Source: an uncultured bacterium (GTDB lineage Bacteria; Verrucomicrobiota; Verrucomicrobiia; Verrucomicrobiales; DEV007). Taken from it: DNA of 64,000 nucleotides. The position numbers and the translations under genes are program-made. Below the pieces are notes generated by a model that worked only from the letters and a program-made list of their open reading frames with translations, had not been told where the DNA came from and searched no databases. Location of the stretch: assembly GCA_963977015.1 (NCBI GenBank), contig CAXBMO010000003.1, forward strand, positions 352,001 to 416,000, read 5' to 3'. Shown piece by piece: positions 31,403-41,230 of this stretch; positions within the stretch are counted from its first letter, which is position 1; the number at the start of each line of letters is the position of its first letter.

Positions 31403-32524
31403 TCAGACGAGATATCCCGCAATTTCGTCCGCCACCATCATTCCACTCAACGTCAGTCGAACACGCCCCTCGGCAACGACGATGAGATTTTCGTCGGAAA
31501 GATGCTTCAGAAATTCCCCGTCGAATTCCGGAACGGGAAGGCCAGTTTGAGTTCGCAATCCCAGCGCCACTCGCTCCAGACGTTGATCCTCCTCGCTCAG
31601 GATCTCCACTTCATCCAGCGCGTGCCCGACCTTGGCGACCATCTCAACATAGGTTTCGGTGTTCGCGACATTCTTCGATCGCTCGCCGCAAATGGTTGAA
31701 ACCGCGCTCGGACCGATCCCAAGATAGTCCGCGCCGCTCCAATAGGCCTGGTTGTGGAGGCTTCGACTGTCCGGTTTGGCATAATTGGAGACCTCATAGT
31801 GCTCAAAACCGGCTGATTCGAGGACTTCGTGCGCCAAGGCAAAATACTCGGCATCCCGGTCAGGATCCTGACTCCACTCCCCTTCCTCAAATCGGCTCAG
31901 GAACTCCGTGTCCTCCTCGTAGGTCAGGTTGTAGGTCGAAATGTGGTCCGGCTCCAAGGCGATGGCCTGCTCCAGAGAGGCCCGCCACGAATCCAGGCTT
32001 TGACCGGGAATCGCGAACATCAAATCGAGGCTGACCTTCGCAAATCCAGCGTTTTTGAGAACCCGGGCCGACTCCGACGCCTCATCCGAAGAATGATCGC
32101 GCCCCAACGTCTCCAATACCGTTGCGTCAAAAGACTGGACTCCGAGACTGGCTCGCGTCACACCAGATTCCAACCACTCCTCCGCCTTTCGCTCATCAAA
32201 AGTTCGGGGATTTGTTTCAATCGACCACTCTACGAGCTGAGTTCCGGCAACTTCAGCGACGCGTTTTGCCAGCTTTTTCCACACTTCGCGCGGCAGTAGA
32301 GACGGCGTGCCGCCTCCGAAAAAAATCGTCTCAATTTGGGAGTATCCGTCAGGAATTCTCTTTTCCAGTTCGGTTGCCAACGCGTCGGCAAGCGAGGGCA
32401 TCGAAGTTCCCCCTGGCAGATGCTTAAAAAAACCACAATAGGGGCAAATCCGATGGCAAAATGGAACGTGAAAATATACTTGTCGCACCTTTATCGTTGG
32501 ATGAAGATCAAACTCCAATTTCAA
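31403..32524 (-). CDS. hemW: Radical SAM heme chaperone HemW (HemN-like)
   Basis: Y.HVPFC...C.YC, FFGGGTPS, SLGVQSF, YEVSNYA...HN..YW. Confidence 0.88.
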   Translation of the reverse strand: MKLEFDLHPTIKVRQVYFHVPFCHRICPYCGFFKHLPGGTSMPSLADALATELEKRIPDGYSQIETIFFGGGTPSLLPREVWKKLAKRVAEVAGTQLVEWSIETNPRTFDERKAEEWLESGVTRASLGVQSFDATVLETLGRDHSSDEASESARVLKNAGFAKVSLDLMFAIPGQSLDSWRASLEQAIALEPDHISTYNLTYEEDTEFLSRFEEGEWSQDPDRDAEYFALAHEVLESAGFEHYEVSNYAKPDSRSLHNQAYWSGADYLGIGPSAVSTICGERSKNVANTETYVEMVAKVGHALDEVEILSEEDQRLERVALGLRTQTGLPVPEFDGEFLKHLSDENLIVVAEGRVRLTLSGMMVADEIAGYLV

Positions 32525-32570
32525 TTACCTCAATCGGCGTCCTGATCGCCAAAATCAAGCTGGTCTCGCT

Positions 32571-33641
32571 TTGAGCCAAAGAAACAAACTCACCGCAATG
32601 GACTTTGAACGCACGCTTGGTGGGAAAGTGTTGCGAGATGTTTCGCGTTCTTTTTTTCTCAGCCTTCGGGTTCTTCCAAACGAGGTTCGCGGCACCTGCA
32701 GTCTTGCTTATCTGCTGGCAAGAACTTCAGATACCCTCGCGGATACGGCGGTCGTCAAACTTCCGGTTCGCAAAGATTTGCTTCTCCGGTTTCGAAGTCT
32801 GATCCAAGATCGTGAGCTCGATGAAGCCGAGGTAAAGAAATTCGAAACAACGGTTCACGACGAAGTACTTCCTTCGATCGACCACAAAGGGGAGAACCAG
32901 TTGATGCGCCGAATTTCGGGAATGCTGGACTGGTTGAACGCGCTTTCCGAATCTTCCCGCGAATCCGTGGAACAAGTCCTCGATTCGATCACCACGGGTC
33001 AACTTGAGGATCTGCAACGGTTTGGTGAGTCCGAACCCGGGAAGATGCGCTTTCTCATGACGTCGGATGAGTTGAGCACCTATGCGGATCATGTGGCGGG
33101 AAGCGTGGGACGGTTCTGGACCGAATTGGGCAGCCAGGCCTTTCCCAACTTTTCCGATGTCTCCGTCGACTCGATGCAGGCGAGAGGTCAGGCTTATGGC
33201 CGAGGCCTGCAGTATCTCAATATCGTGCGGGATTTGGGCGATGATGTGAAGATGGGCCGTTGCTACCTTCCTAAACAGGAGCTGGAGTTTGCAGGGTGGG
33301 AAGACGGGCCATGGAACACCAACCAAGGCGCTCTGATGAACGTGGCCACAACCTGGCTCAATCACGCAGAAGAGGGCCTCCGCGAGGGCCTTGACTATTC
33401 CCAGCGTCTTCTCAATCGGCGAATGAAACTTGCCACGGTTCTGCCGGCCATGATCGGTGCGGCAACGATCCGCGCCTTGCGCAAATCGCAAAGCTCCTTC
33501 CTGACACGAAAGATCAAGGTGGACCGAACCGAGACGCGCCGAATTTCGATGCAATGCACCCAGAAGGTTCTTTTCGGACAGAAGTTGGAGCCCTATTTCA
33601 ATCAGTTGTTAAGGGGCGGAGACAGCAATCTCCCAAGTTGA
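32571..33641 (+). CDS. Squalene/phytoene synthase family protein
   Basis: VSRSF, YLLAR..DT.AD, VAG.VG.FWT, GLQ..NI.RD..DD..GRCYLP. Confidence 0.85.
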   Translation: MSQRNKLTAMDFERTLGGKVLRDVSRSFFLSLRVLPNEVRGTCSLAYLLARTSDTLADTAVVKLPVRKDLLLRFRSLIQDRELDEAEVKKFETTVHDEVLPSIDHKGENQLMRRISGMLDWLNALSESSRESVEQVLDSITTGQLEDLQRFGESEPGKMRFLMTSDELSTYADHVAGSVGRFWTELGSQAFPNFSDVSVDSMQARGQAYGRGLQYLNIVRDLGDDVKMGRCYLPKQELEFAGWEDGPWNTNQGALMNVATTWLNHAEEGLREGLDYSQRLLNRRMKLATVLPAMIGAATIRALRKSQSSFLTRKIKVDRTETRRISMQCTQKVLFGQKLEPYFNQLLRGGDSNLPS

Positions 33642-33684
33642 CTTGGGCTCACTCTCAGGCCACTTTGCCGATTTTCCCTGACCA

Positions 33685-35226
33685 ATGTCCAAAGCAGTCA
33701 AAAACGCGGTTTCACCAGCGCGAGGTGAAGATTTTCCAGAGTGGTATCAGCAAGTGATTCGGGCTGCCGACCTTGCCGAGAATTCAGAAGTACGAGGCTG
33801 CATGGTCATCAAACCGTGGGGATACGGGCTTTGGGAACAAATGCAGCAGAAACTGGATCGGATGATCAAGGACACCGGCCATGTGAACGCCTATTTCCCG
33901 CTCTTGATCCCACTGAGCTATTTGGAGAAAGAGGCTGAACACGCCGAAGGTTTCGCGACCGAATGCGCGGTCGTCACTCATCATCGATTGGAAGCGGAGA
34001 AGCAGGACGACGGGACGACGAAGATGATTCCGACCGGAAAACTGGCTGAGCCCTATATCATTCGCCCCACCTCAGAGACCATCATTGGAGCTGCCTATGC
34101 ACGATGGGTGCAGAGCTATCGCGATCTCCCGATTTTGATCAACCAATGGGCCAACGTGATGCGTTGGGAAATGCGCCCCCGCATGTTCTTGCGCACCACC
34201 GAATTTCTTTGGCAGGAAGGCCACACCGCTCACGAAACGAAGGAAGAGGCAATCGAGGAAGCGGAGAAAATGCATGAAGTCTATGAAACCTTCATGCGGG
34301 AATATTTGGCCATCCCAGTGATTCCCGGCGAAAAATCGGAGGCAGAACGCTTTCCGGGAGCCGATCGCACGCTGACCGTTGAGGCAATGGTTCAGGATCG
34401 AAAGGCGATTCAGGCAGGGACATCTCATTTTCTTGGCCAGAATTTCGCCAAGGCCGCAGGAATCGAATTTCAAGGCCGTGACGGTAAGAAGGAACACGCC
34501 TGGACCACGAGTTGGGGAGTGACGACCCGAATGATCGGCACGGTCATCATGGCCCATGGCGATGACGACGGTGTTGTCCTGCCTCCTCGTCTGGCGCCAC
34601 AACAGATCGTAATTCTTCCCATCATTCCCAAGGAAGAACATCGCGGCGCAGTTTTGGAAGCCGCTGAGAGCTTTGCCGCGAAACTCCGGGATCAAGCGGC
34701 TTGGGGAGAAGGACTTCGCGTCCACATTGACAGTCGTGATTTGGGTGGAGGAGCCAAAAATTGGGAATGGATCAAAAAAGGCGTCCCGGTTCGGATTGAA
34801 ATCGGTCCTCGCGATCTCGAGAAAGGAACCGTGGCGATCGCGCGACGCGACAAGGGAGCCCAGGAGAAAGACTTCGTGAAGATGGAGGACGCCATCACCC
34901 AACTTCCTGAAACGCTCAAGGAGATCCAGGACGGCCTTTTGCAGCGAGCTCTCGAATACCGGGAAGAACATACCCGAAAGATCGATACTCTTGAGGAATT
35001 CCGGGCGTTTTTCACGGCTGAGAACCCCGACAAGCCCGAGATCCATGGTGGTTTTGCCCTCGCCCACTGGGGAGGAACAGCGGAGGATGAGGAGAGACTG
35101 GCCAAAGAGATGAAAGTGACCATTCGCTGCATTCCGAACTCAGACGAGTTGGGTGGTGAACCCGGGGTCTGTTTCTACACCGGAAATCCAAGTCAACGCC
35201 GACTGGTTTTCGCAAAATCCTATTGA
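33685..35226 (+). CDS. proS: Proline--tRNA ligase (archaeal/eukaryotic type)
   Basis: IRPTSET, QWANV.RWE, FLRT.EFLWQEGHT, GTSHFLGQNFAK, C-terminal FAKSY. Confidence 0.96.
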   Translation: MSKAVKNAVSPARGEDFPEWYQQVIRAADLAENSEVRGCMVIKPWGYGLWEQMQQKLDRMIKDTGHVNAYFPLLIPLSYLEKEAEHAEGFATECAVVTHHRLEAEKQDDGTTKMIPTGKLAEPYIIRPTSETIIGAAYARWVQSYRDLPILINQWANVMRWEMRPRMFLRTTEFLWQEGHTAHETKEEAIEEAEKMHEVYETFMREYLAIPVIPGEKSEAERFPGADRTLTVEAMVQDRKAIQAGTSHFLGQNFAKAAGIEFQGRDGKKEHAWTTSWGVTTRMIGTVIMAHGDDDGVVLPPRLAPQQIVILPIIPKEEHRGAVLEAAESFAAKLRDQAAWGEGLRVHIDSRDLGGGAKNWEWIKKGVPVRIEIGPRDLEKGTVAIARRDKGAQEKDFVKMEDAITQLPETLKEIQDGLLQRALEYREEHTRKIDTLEEFRAFFTAENPDKPEIHGGFALAHWGGTAEDEERLAKEMKVTIRCIPNSDELGGEPGVCFYTGNPSQRRLVFAKSY

Positions 35227-35264
35227 TTTTCTGCACCAAACCAAGTCACACTTCAAGTAGGCCA

Positions 35265-35537
35265 ATGTTCGAGAATCCTGACGACCTCACCATTTATTCC
35301 AAGCCCGGCTGCCCGTGGTGTATCGCGGTAATCAGTTATCTTCAAAATGAGGGTTACGAATTTACCGAAGTCGATGTTGTCGCCAGCGATAAGCAATTCC
35401 AAAAGATGGTGGAGATCTCCGGTCAATCGCTGGTCCCTACCATCGCCTTTGGCGACCACGTGTTGCCGGATTGCGGGATTTCTGAACTGAAGAAGTTCAT
35501 CAAGAACCACAACATCCAGCTTCCGGTTTCGGCTTAG
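35265..35537 (+). CDS. Glutaredoxin family protein
   Basis: IYSKPGCPWC, SGQ..VPTI. Confidence 0.88.
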   Translation: MFENPDDLTIYSKPGCPWCIAVISYLQNEGYEFTEVDVVASDKQFQKMVEISGQSLVPTIAFGDHVLPDCGISELKKFIKNHNIQLPVSA

Positions 35538-35563
35538 GATTAAGCGCTGCCGATTATCGTCTC

Positions 35564-35878
35564 CTAATCTTCGGCATCTGGAGGCTCCTCCAAATCTTCT
35601 TCAACGGGTGGCGGCGCACCTTCCATCAGGGCATTGATCTTTTGTTCAGTCGTCTTCAGCTTCTTCAACGCCGTCTTCGTCAGAAAACAAGACACGTTGG
35701 CATCCCGCTGCACCAATGCTTCAACGATGTGCCGGTGATGGTTCATGATTGCGATAAAGAGCGGCGATCCACCATCCGCATCGACATCTCCTCCCTCCTC
35801 GAGAGCTCTCTCAAAGTTCGTCAGGCAGCCAACTCGACAAGCGACTTCGAGTTCGCGATCTGCATTCCATTCTGACAT
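35564..35878 (-). CDS. Small ankyrin-repeat-like protein
   Basis: GGDVD..GGSPL..A....H..IVE.L....ANV ankyrin-like pattern; acidic tail. Confidence 0.65.
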   Translation of the reverse strand: MSEWNADRELEVACRVGCLTNFERALEEGGDVDADGGSPLFIAIMNHHRHIVEALVQRDANVSCFLTKTALKKLKTTEQKINALMEGAPPPVEEDLEEPPDAED

Positions 35879-35910
35879 TGTTAGGTCATATTTATGGCGT
35901 TGTCAGGCGG

Positions 35911-36675
35911 TCACTCAAATACATATTTGCCGTTTTTGAGGCTGGTAAACGGCGGCTTCCCCACAATCTCAAAGTAGTCATAGCCGATTTTGAGATTCGC
36001 CCAGAAGTCGAGCAATTCTTTGCCCTCGCTCGACACCTCTAAGTCGGCAAGCGCCCGGTTCATTCTTTGATCGGTCATTCTGAAAGGAAAGATGTGAACC
36101 CGAAAGAATTCCTGCCCATTGTTCAGCGCGGAAGTCGCGAGGGTGAAGACCTCTTCAATCGAGTTGTTTCCCAGTCCAAACCCTCCGGTTCGTTTGCAGC
36201 CCCCATGCACCAACACGGGATTTCCAGACCATCGTTGCTGACGATCGTACTGGTTGGGAAAGCCGATATTGAACGAGAGATGGTATTTGCTACCAGGATC
36301 CATGTGACGAGGCGCAATCCAATAAAAACCTTCCGGTGCATCGCCATCCCGCTCCCTGCGCTTTGGGCCCAAATCGCCCAAATCACTGCAGATCAGATAG
36401 GTCTTGTAAAAGATGAAGATATTCGACCCCGTTGGCTGCACCCAGACCTCCAGTTCACGGGTTTCTTTGAAAATCCGGATAAAGATGGGTTCGCCCATTT
36501 TGAGATTGAGCCGGCTCAACTCCGCTGAGATCAAAGGTCGAACTCGTTTCGCGGCTGATTGCGAGCGCTTGGTGGGATCTCTTTCTCTTGCCAGAAAATC
36601 GACGACGTCGTGCCGGTTTGAGACAATCCATCCAGCAGCAAGGATGACCAGCAGGACCAGAAAGCGTTTTCTCAT
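35911..36675 (-). CDS. YafK/DpaA-like L,D-transpeptidase-fold protein (putative catalytic Cys replaced by Gly)
   Basis: IRIFKE..ELEVW, GPK...DG..PEGFY, YHLSFNIGFPN.YD, VHIFPFRMT, FW.NLK.GYDYFE. Confidence 0.85.
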   Translation of the reverse strand: MRKRFLVLLVILAAGWIVSNRHDVVDFLARERDPTKRSQSAAKRVRPLISAELSRLNLKMGEPIFIRIFKETRELEVWVQPTGSNIFIFYKTYLICSDLGDLGPKRRERDGDAPEGFYWIAPRHMDPGSKYHLSFNIGFPNQYDRQQRWSGNPVLVHGGCKRTGGFGLGNNSIEEVFTLATSALNNGQEFFRVHIFPFRMTDQRMNRALADLEVSSEGKELLDFWANLKIGYDYFEIVGKPPFTSLKNGKYVFE

Positions 36676-36750
36676 GAACAACGGTTTGGACGGTACCCGG
36701 TTCCCTTATTCGCCTTTTGATGACCAGAACCTTCGTTGCAACCTACTCTC

Positions 36751-37338
36751 CTAGTCATCAGAGGGCCAAATTAACGTTGCCAAGGCAAACCCTCCGAGAG
36801 TCCAGCCAATCAGCGTATCACCCATACTGGCAATGGTATGGCCGACGCTAAATTCGAACCACGTCCAATACGGAATGTGAGTGACCATGGCTGAGAAGAG
36901 AGCCATCAACGTGACGAACCCCACCCTGCCCAGATAGGTCCGAATCCGTGCAATCCACAGAATCACTCCCATCACCACGGCGGATAGAAAGAGGAACGTC
37001 AGGTGCAGGATCTGATTTCGCTCTGCAGAATTACCACTCGCAAGTTCGCCAGGTCGCACAAAGCCGAAAAAGAAAGGCCCTGCATTCTTTCGGATCTGAT
37101 AGGCCTCGTTTGCGGTTGAGTCCCCCGCTTCGTCATCGGTCATTCGCGGGAGCCAATACATTCCCGGTTCACTTACATTTTCCCGAATCGCGACCTCCAT
37201 TGCGGCTTCGTTCTCAAAACGATGAATCGTCGTGTTATGCCAATCGAACTTGATCCACGAAATCACCCCCCAGAAGAAGACGATCAGCGTTGCAAAAAGC
37301 GCAGCAAACGGAAGCCGGATAAGATTCCACATTTCCAA
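36751..37338 (-). CDS. Hypothetical 4-TM membrane protein
   Basis: Four hydrophobic segments with a soluble loop; same strand as its neighbours. Confidence 0.7.
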   Translation of the reverse strand: MEMWNLIRLPFAALFATLIVFFWGVISWIKFDWHNTTIHRFENEAAMEVAIRENVSEPGMYWLPRMTDDEAGDSTANEAYQIRKNAGPFFFGFVRPGELASGNSAERNQILHLTFLFLSAVVMGVILWIARIRTYLGRVGFVTLMALFSAMVTHIPYWTWFEFSVGHTIASMGDTLIGWTLGGFALATLIWPSDD

Positions 37339-37383
37339 AATTAGAGCGAATCAGTTAGGCCGCAAAGCCAAAATACCGAATAC

Positions 37384-37411
37384 AAAAAAAGCGCCCCAAA
37401 CGGGACGCTTT
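37384..37411 (-). terminator. Intrinsic terminator downstream of rpsU
   Basis: Minus strand GCGUCCC-GUUU-GGGGCGC followed by U7, about 40 nt after the rpsU stop. Confidence 0.8.
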
Positions 37412-37451
37412 CTTCGAAATTTTGCGATTGAACAATCGGCAACGGAAAGAC

Positions 37452-37673
37452 CTAACTTTCGGAATCGGTCTTTTTGTCTTCCAACGTAAAGCGAAACTTG
37501 AATCGAGCACGTTTTGCATTGGCACGGGCCTTGCGCTTGAGTCGAGCCGTTGGTGTTTCGAACGCACGAAGACGGCGGACTTCCTCAAGAATCCCTTCGG
37601 TCTCGAGCTTTGTTTTGAGCCGCTTCAACGCGCGATCGACGGATTCACCTTTTTTGACCTGAACTTCTGGCAT
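37452..37673 (-). CDS. rpsU: 30S ribosomal protein bS21
   Basis: MPEV.VK.GESVDRALKRLK...EGIL.E.R....FE.P. Confidence 0.95.
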   Translation of the reverse strand: MPEVQVKKGESVDRALKRLKTKLETEGILEEVRRLRAFETPTARLKRKARANAKRARFKFRFTLEDKKTDSES

Positions 37674-37758
37674 GCTATTGCTGGATTACTTATCTAACTT
37701 TTGGGGCGGGGACACTAGAGTCTAATTGCCTCGTGTCAACTCGACAATTCCAAACAGA

Positions 37759-38544
37759 TCACTGACTTTCAACGTCTGATCTTTCACGATTTCGTACCGT
37801 GAGGTGGGTTCTTGCGACATCGCCCATGTAGTGATTCGAGGACGCGTTCTCCGCAGCCTCCCGAACATATTTCATCGCCTTCTCGGTTTCGCCCACGGCT
37901 TCAAAATAGAGCCCCACGTAAAGCGCTGCATAAAACTCTCCGTTGTTACCACCAAGCTTTCCCGCTTCAATCACGGATTCTGGGGTAGCATCCCCCGCAA
38001 ACAATTGGTGCACCTCTTTCATGGGAACTCTCGAATCCCCTGATATCGGAATTAGATTCTCCCGGGCCTTTGCCACGGTGCCACCGGGTACCCTGACGGC
38101 ACAAAGAAAGTGCCACACGGCGTTTTCGACATCCTCTGGATTCACGGTTTTATGAATTTCGAATTGGTCGACACCTTCCTGATACTTCCCAGCGTAATAG
38201 AGCGCGATTCCCCGCTGCCAGTGACTCGGGGCGTACTCCGGCTCTAATTCGAGTTCACGATCGAAATCGGAAACAGCCTCCTCAATGTTCCCTTCCTGAA
38301 AAGATTTCCAGCCTCGGCGATGAAGAATCGAAGCGGTGTATTGGCGGGCAATCTGGGCACTTTCATCGTCTGCAGTGTCTCGGGCCGCGATCGGGGCCAG
38401 GAGCTTGATCGCCTCATCATAATCTCCGCTCTGGAAAGCAGCCTTGGCGGCTTCAAATACGAGATCCGCGTCCTCATCCTGCGCTTGAACGGAAATCAGG
38501 AGCCCAAAGACAGCGAGGAGGAAGGAAATTTTGCGAACAATCAT
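37759..38544 (-). CDS. Secreted TPR protein (NlpI-like)
   Basis: Signal peptide; TPR helices; WQRGIALYY, NP.DVEN.VWHF, D.RVPM, FYA.LY.GLY.E. Confidence 0.8.
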   Translation of the reverse strand: MIVRKISFLLAVFGLLISVQAQDEDADLVFEAAKAAFQSGDYDEAIKLLAPIAARDTADDESAQIARQYTASILHRRGWKSFQEGNIEEAVSDFDRELELEPEYAPSHWQRGIALYYAGKYQEGVDQFEIHKTVNPEDVENAVWHFLCAVRVPGGTVAKARENLIPISGDSRVPMKEVHQLFAGDATPESVIEAGKLGGNNGEFYAALYVGLYFEAVGETEKAMKYVREAAENASSNHYMGDVARTHLTVRNRERSDVESQ

Positions 38545-38628
38545 CTTTTTCTGAAACTTGGCGGAATATCGGTTGTTGAACCTTTCACTGAGTAACTCAG
38601 TTCAACCTATCTCTACAAAAAATTAATC

Positions 38629-38886
38629 ATGAAAAGAAAGCTCCTAATTACGACTCTTACGATGTTTGGATTGGCATTCGGTGGTGCCATTGCCCAAGAC
38701 GCCCCTAAAAAAGACGGCGCCAGAAAACCTCCCACACCCGCTGAACGTGCAGCCAAGCTGATGGAATCCGCGGACAAAGACAAGGATGGAAAACTCACCG
38801 TGGAAGAACTGACCGCTCACTTCGAATCCATGCCTCCACGGAAAGGCAAGCCAGACGGCGGTAAAAAGAACAAGCCTGCCAACTGA
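38629..38886 (+). CDS. Small secreted EF-hand protein
   Basis: Signal peptide; EF-hand loop DKDKDGKLTVEE. Confidence 0.8.
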   Translation: MKRKLLITTLTMFGLAFGGAIAQDAPKKDGARKPPTPAERAAKLMESADKDKDGKLTVEELTAHFESMPPRKGKPDGGKKNKPAN

Positions 38887-38923
38887 ACCTGTTGAGCTAG
38901 GCAACCTTTGTTTTGCTATTTGA

Positions 38924-38966
38924 GGGAACCCGCGAGTTGGCTTCAACTTTCGGGTTCCCCTTTTTT
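38924..38966 (+). terminator. Intrinsic terminator after the EF-hand gene
   Basis: GGGAACCCG / CGGGTTCCC stem with inner GTTG/CAAC pairing, followed by T6; abuts the stop of the convergent kinase gene. Confidence 0.75.
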
Positions 38967-41106
38967 ATTCCTCCATTTCAAGAATTTCCGAGGTTCGATC
39001 CCGGTATTCCTGAATCAGCTCCTCTCGCTCGCGACTGAACTGGAGGGGATTTCTCATCGTCTCAAGAAGTCGAATCGCCCTCAAGAGATTCTCCAAAGCA
39101 AGTGAACGACTAGCCGGGAGCTCCAGATTGTAACAACGCCCCACAGCGGCGTAGCATTTCGCCAGGAGAACCGTGTGCTTGGAGTCTCTTGGCTCCCGCC
39201 TTTGAATCTCCTGCCTTACCAGCAGTTCTTGCCGCAAGTAGATCAGGGCCCCCACCAAGTCCCCGTCCTCCAGATGTGACAGACCCAGGGCATGGTATCC
39301 GTAGGCAACAGCGGCCTGCAAGGTGGTGCTGAATTCAAAAAGATCCATCCGGTCTCTGCCGACTTCAATCGCCTCCTCATAGTTATCCTTCGCGTCCTTG
39401 CGTTCGCCGGCGGCCAAATGCGTGTCGGCCCTGGCGTTCAGGACCTTCACCACCATCAACTGATTCGCGACTGACGCCGTTTGATTCGGCAGTTTTCTCA
39501 CGAGCGTCGCCAAACGAAGCGCCTCATCAAAGGAACGAATCGCTTGATCGTAGCGTTCGATGGTCTTCTGGATTTCTGCTTTCCGAACGAAAATTTCCGC
39601 CGTGTTGCTGAAGTAACGTTCCTCGGAAGCTCCACTCGCCGTCTCGAGATCCCGCATTTCCAGCGCCAAATCATAGTATTCTGCCGCAGTATCAAGATCC
39701 TCCTTCAGCCGATAGCAATCCCCCAATCCCACCAAAATCAGAGCGGAGCGAAAGGTCATTGCCGGATCGCCTTTTCCATTCTGGGATAACTGGTCAAGGA
39801 TATTGAAGGCTTTCTCGTAAGCCGCGATGGCGTCTTCATGAAGTCCCCTTACAATCGCCGCATCACCGCGACCTCGTAGAATATTGGCAAGAAGCTTCAA
39901 GGACTGCACCGTCCGCATATCCTTAGAGAGGTTCTCAAAATAGGTATCTGCGTTGTCCGCGATGTGCTCGAGAAGCTCCATTTTCTCCATGGGCCCCAGA
40001 TTTTGGCGCAAATCGAACATGATGAAGTTCACCAACTCCTCCGCATCCCGACGAGCTTTCTGCTCCGACTCGCTTGCCTGCCGGGCCTGATGGGACTCGT
40101 AAAACGCCAGACTCGATGCCACAATCGCAACTCCGGTAATCGCCCCGAACAGGAGCGACCAATTTCGCGAACGGACCGTCCGTTTCTCCTGCTCCGAACG
40201 GATGATCTCGTTGCGGACTTCCCGCATATCCATAAACCGGTCTTCTGGCTTCAAAGCGAGGCACTTCGTGATCACCATTTTGCGCCGGTTGTCGATTTTT
40301 GCCCCATCCGGCCAAACAATCTCGGGCTCCTCTTCAATCAACTTGGTGATTCGGCTGGCTTCCGTCGAGAGGGTATCTGCAACCGAGGCCTCCAAGGTGG
40401 TCGCCTCAATGATTGATGCTTCAAAATCCTCATCCGCCTGCCCTTCAATCAGCTTCTGCAATCGGGGCAACTTCCCGGTGATGAGCCGATAACAAAGCAC
40501 GCCAAAGCTATAAACGTCCCACCGGAACCCTTTGCCATTGGCGGTCTCGCCCGGATTCATCAGCTGCTCCGGACTCGAATAGAGAGGAGTTCCAACCGCA
40601 TCCACATGCTGAGGATTGATGCCTCGGCTTTGACCGAAGTCACAGATTTTGATCCGGGGAGGATTCTCGTCCGTCAACATCACGTTGGTTGGTTTGATGT
40701 CGCAATGGAGAATCTGATGGCGATGCAAATAGGCCAGCGCAGCTGCCATTTGGTCAATCAACCGCGCATTCTCCTTCGCGTCCCGTTTCCCGCAAATATC
40801 CATGAGGGATCGGGATCGCCACGTCCCATCCTCCTTGGCATCGGCGTGCAGGCTCATCGCATAAAACGGCGTGCTTGTGAGGAGGTCAAAGTCGTGCAGC
40901 GTGACGATGCCAGGGTGCTCGGCCATGCTCGAAAGCTTTTCCAACTCGCGGGCCATCGTCGGCAATTCCACCGTGTCAGGCTTGAACACCTTGAGAGCGC
41001 GTTCGCTGATTCCCCGATACGTCGCCCGATAAACCGTTCCGAAAGTTCCTTCACCAAGTGGCGGAAGGTGCACTTGGTAGTCTTTGATGTGGAAGTTCTG
41101 CTTCAA
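38965..41106 (-). CDS. Membrane-anchored Hanks-type Ser/Thr kinase with C-terminal TPR repeats
   Basis: GEGTFG, ALK, HCDIKPTN, DFG, GTPLYSSPE, DVYSFG; TM segment WSLLFGAITGVAIVASSLAF; TPR-like helices; TTG start. Confidence 0.92.
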   Translation of the reverse strand: MKQNFHIKDYQVHLPPLGEGTFGTVYRATYRGISERALKVFKPDTVELPTMARELEKLSSMAEHPGIVTLHDFDLLTSTPFYAMSLHADAKEDGTWRSRSLMDICGKRDAKENARLIDQMAAALAYLHRHQILHCDIKPTNVMLTDENPPRIKICDFGQSRGINPQHVDAVGTPLYSSPEQLMNPGETANGKGFRWDVYSFGVLCYRLITGKLPRLQKLIEGQADEDFEASIIEATTLEASVADTLSTEASRITKLIEEEPEIVWPDGAKIDNRRKMVITKCLALKPEDRFMDMREVRNEIIRSEQEKRTVRSRNWSLLFGAITGVAIVASSLAFYESHQARQASESEQKARRDAEELVNFIMFDLRQNLGPMEKMELLEHIADNADTYFENLSKDMRTVQSLKLLANILRGRGDAAIVRGLHEDAIAAYEKAFNILDQLSQNGKGDPAMTFRSALILVGLGDCYRLKEDLDTAAEYYDLALEMRDLETASGASEERYFSNTAEIFVRKAEIQKTIERYDQAIRSFDEALRLATLVRKLPNQTASVANQLMVVKVLNARADTHLAAGERKDAKDNYEEAIEVGRDRMDLFEFSTTLQAAVAYGYHALGLSHLEDGDLVGALIYLRQELLVRQEIQRREPRDSKHTVLLAKCYAAVGRCYNLELPASRSLALENLLRAIRLLETMRNPLQFSREREELIQEYRDRTSEILEMEE

Positions 41107-41230
41107 CCTTCTTGCCTGAAATTTTGAGCGATATGCGCGTTCGCGGCATCTCGCTGATGACCATCACTTCGTCAAACCGGAAATCGTTGACCTTCGCTCC
41201 AATGGGAAAGAGTTTCGCCTCGTCAGAGCG

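Noticed and set aside
37667-37682. TGGCATGCTATTGC sigma-54-like site
   Set aside because: GG-GC spacing is one base short, and the site is antisense over the rpsU start
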